Shown: positions 60,185 to 64,000 of the stretch, in pieces | Layout: the number at the start of each line of letters is the position of its first letter | How positions within the stretch are numbered: position 1 is the stretch's first letter | Origin: the human T2T-CHM13v2.0 reference genome, Homo sapiens | Assembly (NCBI GenBank): GCA_009914755.4 | Contig: CP086569.2 | Location: forward strand, 11,520,001 to 11,584,000 | Reading direction: 5' to 3' | DNA: 64,000 nt | Notes under the pieces: model-generated | The model's database searches: none | What the model saw: only the letters and a program-made list of their open reading frames with translations | What the model was told of the DNA's origin: nothing | Translations under genes and position numbers: made by a program

Positions 60185-63100
60185 CCGGTCTGCAGCTCCC
60201 AGCATGATCGACAGAGAAGACGGGTGATTTCTGCACTTCCAACTGAGGTACCTGGTTCATCTCATTGGGACTGGTTGGACAGGGGGTGCAGGCCCACAGA
60301 GGTGAGGTGAAACAGGTTGGGGTGTCGCCTCACCCGGGAAACATAAGGGGTTGGGGGATTTCCCTTCCTAGCCAAGGGAAGCTGTGACAGACAACCTGGA
60401 AAAACAGGGCACTCCCACCCAAATACTGCACTTTTCCCAAGGTCTTAGCAACTAGCAGACAAGGTGATTCTCTCCTGTGCCTGCCTCAGTGGGTCCCACA
60501 CCCATAGAGACTTGCTCACTGCTAGCACAACAGTCTGAAATCCATCTGCGAGGTGGCAGCCTGGCTGAGGGGGGGGGGGCGTCCAACATTGCTGAGGCTT
60601 AAGTAGGTAAACAAAGCGGCCAGGGAAGCTTGAACTGGGTGGATTCCACCGCAGTTCAACAAGGCCCATTGCCTCTAGACTCCATGTCTGTGGGTGGGGA
60701 TAGCTGAACAAAAGGCAGCAACTTCTGCAGACTTAAACGTCCCTGTCTGACAGCTCTGAAGAGAGCAGTGGTTTTCCCAGCATGGTGTTTGAGTTCTGAG
60801 AATGGACAGACTGCCTCCTCAAGTAGGTCCCTGAACCCTGTGTAGCCTAACTGGGACACACCTCCCAGTAGGGGCTGACAGACACCTCATATAGGCGGCT
60901 GCCCCTCTTGGACGAAGCTTCCAGAGGAAGTATCAGGCAGCAATATTTGCTGTTCTGCAATATTTACTGTTCTGCAGCCTCCACTGATGATACCCAGGCA
61001 AACAGTGTCTGGAGTGGAACTCCAGCAAACTCCAACAGATCTGCAGCTGAGGGTCCTGACTGTTAGAAGGAAAACTAAAAAACAGAAAGGAATAGTGTCA
61101 ACATTAACAGAAGATCATCTACACCAAAACCCCATCTGTAGGTCAACAATATCAAAGACCAAAGGTAGATAAAACCAGAAGGATGGGGATAAACCAGAGT
61201 AGAAAAGCTGAAAATTCTAAAATTCAGAGCACCTCTTCTCCTCCAAAGGATCATAGCTCCTTGTCAGCAATGGAACAAAGCTGGATGGAGAATGACTTTG
61301 ACGAATTGACAGAAGTAGGCTTCAGAAGGTTGGTAATAACAAACTTCTCTGAGCCAAAGAGGATGTTGGAACCCATTGCAAGTAAGCTAAAAACCTTGAA
61401 AAAAGATTAGACGAATGGCTTACAAGAATAAACAGCGTAGAGAAGACCTTAAGTGACCCAATGGAGCTGAAAACCATGGCACGAGAATTTTGTGATGCAT
61501 GCACAAGCTTCAATAGCCGATTCAATCAAGTGGAAGAAAGAGTATCAGTGATTGAAGATCAAATAAATGAAATAAAGTGAGAAGAGAAGGTTAGAGAAAC
61601 AAGAGTAAAAAGAAATGAAGAAAGCCTCCAAGAAATATGGGACCATGTGAAAAGACCAAATCTATATTTGGTTGGTGCACCAGAAAGTGATGAGGAGAAT
61701 GGAACCAAGTTGTAAAACACTCTTCAGGATATTATCCAGGAGAACTTCCCCAACCTAGCATGGCAGGCCAACATTCAACTTCAGGAGATACAGAGAACAA
61801 CACAAAGATACTCTTTGAGAAGAGCGATTCCAAGACACATAATTGTCAGATTCACCAAGGTTGAAGTGCAGGAAAAAGTGTTAAGGGCAGCCAGAGAGAA
61901 AGGTCAGGTTAGCCACAAAGGGAAGCCCGTCAGACTAACAGCTGATCTCTTGGCAGAAACCCTACAATCCAGAAGAGAGTGGGGGTCAATATTCAACATT
62001 CTTAAAGAAAATAATTTTCAATCCAGAGTTTCATGTCCAGCCAAAATAAGCTTCATAAGTGAAGGAGAAAATAAAATTCTTTACTGATAAGCAAATGCTG
62101 AGAGATTTTTTCACCACCAGGCCTGCCTTACAAGAGCTCCTGAAGGAAGCCCTAAACATGGAAAGAAACACCTGGTACCAGCCAGTGCAAAAACATGCCA
62201 AGTTGTAAAGACCATCAATGCTAGGAAGAAACTGCATCAATTAACGGGCAAATAACCAGCGAATATCATAATGACAGGATCAAATTCACACATAACAATA
62301 TTAACCTTAAATGTAAATGGGCTAAATGTCCCAATTAAAGGACACAGACTGGCAAATTGGAGAAAGAGTCAAGACCCATCAGTGTGCTGTATTCAGGAGG
62401 CCCATCTCATGCACAAATTCACACATAGGCTCAAAATAAAGGGATGGAGGAAGATCTACCAAGAAAATGGAAAACAAAAAAAGGCAGAGGTTGCAATCCT
62501 TGTCTCTGATAAAACAGACTTTAAACCAACAAAGATCAAGAGACAAAGAAGGCCATTACATAATGGTAAAGGGATCAATGCAACAAGAAGAGCTAACTAT
62601 CTTAAATATATATGCAACCAGTACAAGAGCACCCAGATTCATAAAGCAAGTCCTTAGAGACCTACAAAGAGACTTAGACTCCCACACAATAATAATGGGA
62701 GACTTTAACACCCAACTGTCAATATTAGAAAGATCAACAAGACAGAAGGTTAACAAAGATATCCAGGACCTGAACTCAGCTCTGCAACAAACAGACCAAA
62801 TAGACATCCACAGAACTCTCCACCCCAAATCAACAGAGTATACATTCTTCTCAGCACCACATCTGACTTATTCTAAATTTGACCACATAATTAGAAGTAA
62901 AGCACTCCTCACCAAATGTAAAAGAACAGAAATCACAACAGACTGTCTCTCAGAACACAGTGCAATCAAATTCAATTTAGGATTAAGAAGCTCACTCAAA
63001 ACTGAACAACTACATGGAAACTGAACAATTTGCTCCTGAATGACTACTGGGTAAATAACAAGATGAAGGCAGAAATAAAGATGTTCTTTGAAACCAATGA

Positions 63101-64000
63101 GAACAAAGACACAATGTACCAGAATCTCTGGGACACATTTAAAGCAGTGTGTAGGGGGAAATTTATAGCACTAAGTGCTCAGAAGAGAAAGCAGGAAAGA
63201 TCTAAAATTGACCCCCTAACATCACAATTAAAATAACTAGAGAAGCAAGAGCAAACACATTCAAAAGCTAGCAGAAGGCAAAAAATATCAGAGCAGAGCT
63301 GAAGGAGACAGAGACACAAAAAACCCTTCAAAAAAGCAATGAATCCAGGAGCTGGTTTTTTGAAAAGATCAACAAAATTGATAGACTGCTGGCAAGGATA
63401 ATAAAGAAGAAAAGAGAGAGGAATCAAATAGATGCAATAAAAATGATAAAGGGGATATCACCACTGAGCCCAGGGAAATAAAAACTACCATCAGAGAATA
63501 CGATAAACACCTCTACACAAATAAACTTGAACATCTAGAAGAAATGGATAAATTCTGGGACACATACACCCTTGCAAGACTAAACCAGGAAGAAGTTGAA
63601 TCTCTGAATAGACCAATAACAGTCTCTGAAATTGAGGCAATAATTAATAGCCTACCAACAAAAAAAAGTCCAGGACCAGATGGATTCACAGCTGAACTCT
63701 ACCAGAGGTACAAAGAGGAGCTGGTACCATTCTTTCTGAAACTTTTCCAATCAATAGAAAAAGACAGAATCCTCCCTAATTCATTTTATGAGGCCAACAT
63801 CATCCTGATACCAACGCCTGACAGAGACACAACAAGAAAAAAGGAGAATTTTAGACCAAAATCCGTGATGAACATCGATGCAAATATCCTCAATAAGATA
63901 ATAACAAACCGAATCCAGCAGCACATCAAAAAGCTTATCCACCATGATCAAGTTGGCATCCCTAGGATGCAAGACTGGTTCAACACACGCAAATCAATAA
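60185..64000 (+). mobile_element. L1PA-type (primate-specific) LINE-1, near-full-length 5' end (5'UTR, ORF1, ORF2) running off the window; both ORFs disrupted
   Basis: 5'UTR agttccggtctgcagctcccagcatgatcgacagagaagacgggtgatttctgcacttccaactgaggtacc. ORF1 start 61183 MGINQSRKAENSKIQSTSSPPKDHSSLSAMEQSWMENDFDELTEVGFRR.., truncated by a stop after 75 aa. ORF2 start 62271 MTGSNSHITILTLNVNGLNVPIKGHRLANWRKSQDPSVCCIQEAHL.. with a frameshift (second ORF 62467-63024) and later stops. ..[34 protein letters not shown].. near 63640. Confidence 0.9.

Noticed and set aside
61183-63024. ORFs 61183-61410, 62271-62657 and 62467-63024 as candidate cellular genes
   Set aside because: They are L1 ORF1p N-terminus and ORF2p endonuclease-domain fragments (MTGSNSHITILTLNVNGLN.., ..GDFNTQLSILERSTRQKVNKDIQDLN..) of a disrupted L1PA element.

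Overview
This window reads as human (or great-ape) heterochromatin-edge sequence and contains no prokaryotic or defence-system content. From start to end:

- **1–5441:** satellite III (HSat3), (ATTCC)n with interspersed CTCGGGTTG motifs.
- **5442–35790:** four tandem macro-units. Each unit is a 5'-truncated D4Z4-like repeat carrying a DUX4-like ORF, followed by a KpnI site and a pLAM-like tail, then several kb of 68-bp beta-satellite (Sau3A family). A young Alu sits at one beta-satellite/D4Z4 junction.
- **36330–39480:** a full-length processed pseudogene of PABPC1, including the 5'UTR oligo-A autoregulatory element and the MLLE domain.
- **41929–52333, minus strand:** at least five phase-consistent, splice-site-flanked exons of a SLC9B1-like (NHA/NHEDC, CPA2 Na+/H+ antiporter) gene, lying in an Alu-dense intron landscape.
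- **About 54000–59260:** an old L1 riddled with Alu and LTR insertions.
- **60185–64000:** a younger L1PA-type element with disrupted ORF1 and ORF2, running off the window.

The most interesting biology is the DUX4-like array. Copy 4 (33681–34949) is collinear with DUX4 over about 422 codons with only two nonsense codons and no frameshifts, and both stops hit the WFQNRR recognition helix of homeodomain 2. Copies 1–3 share a different nonsense mutation that copy 4 lacks. Every copy ends in a pLAM-like tail without the ATTAAA polyA signal.

The six-frame ORF track allows alternative start codons (GTG, TTG) and is dominated by stop-free repeat artefacts in the satellites and in GC-rich D4Z4. No novel system is claimed.
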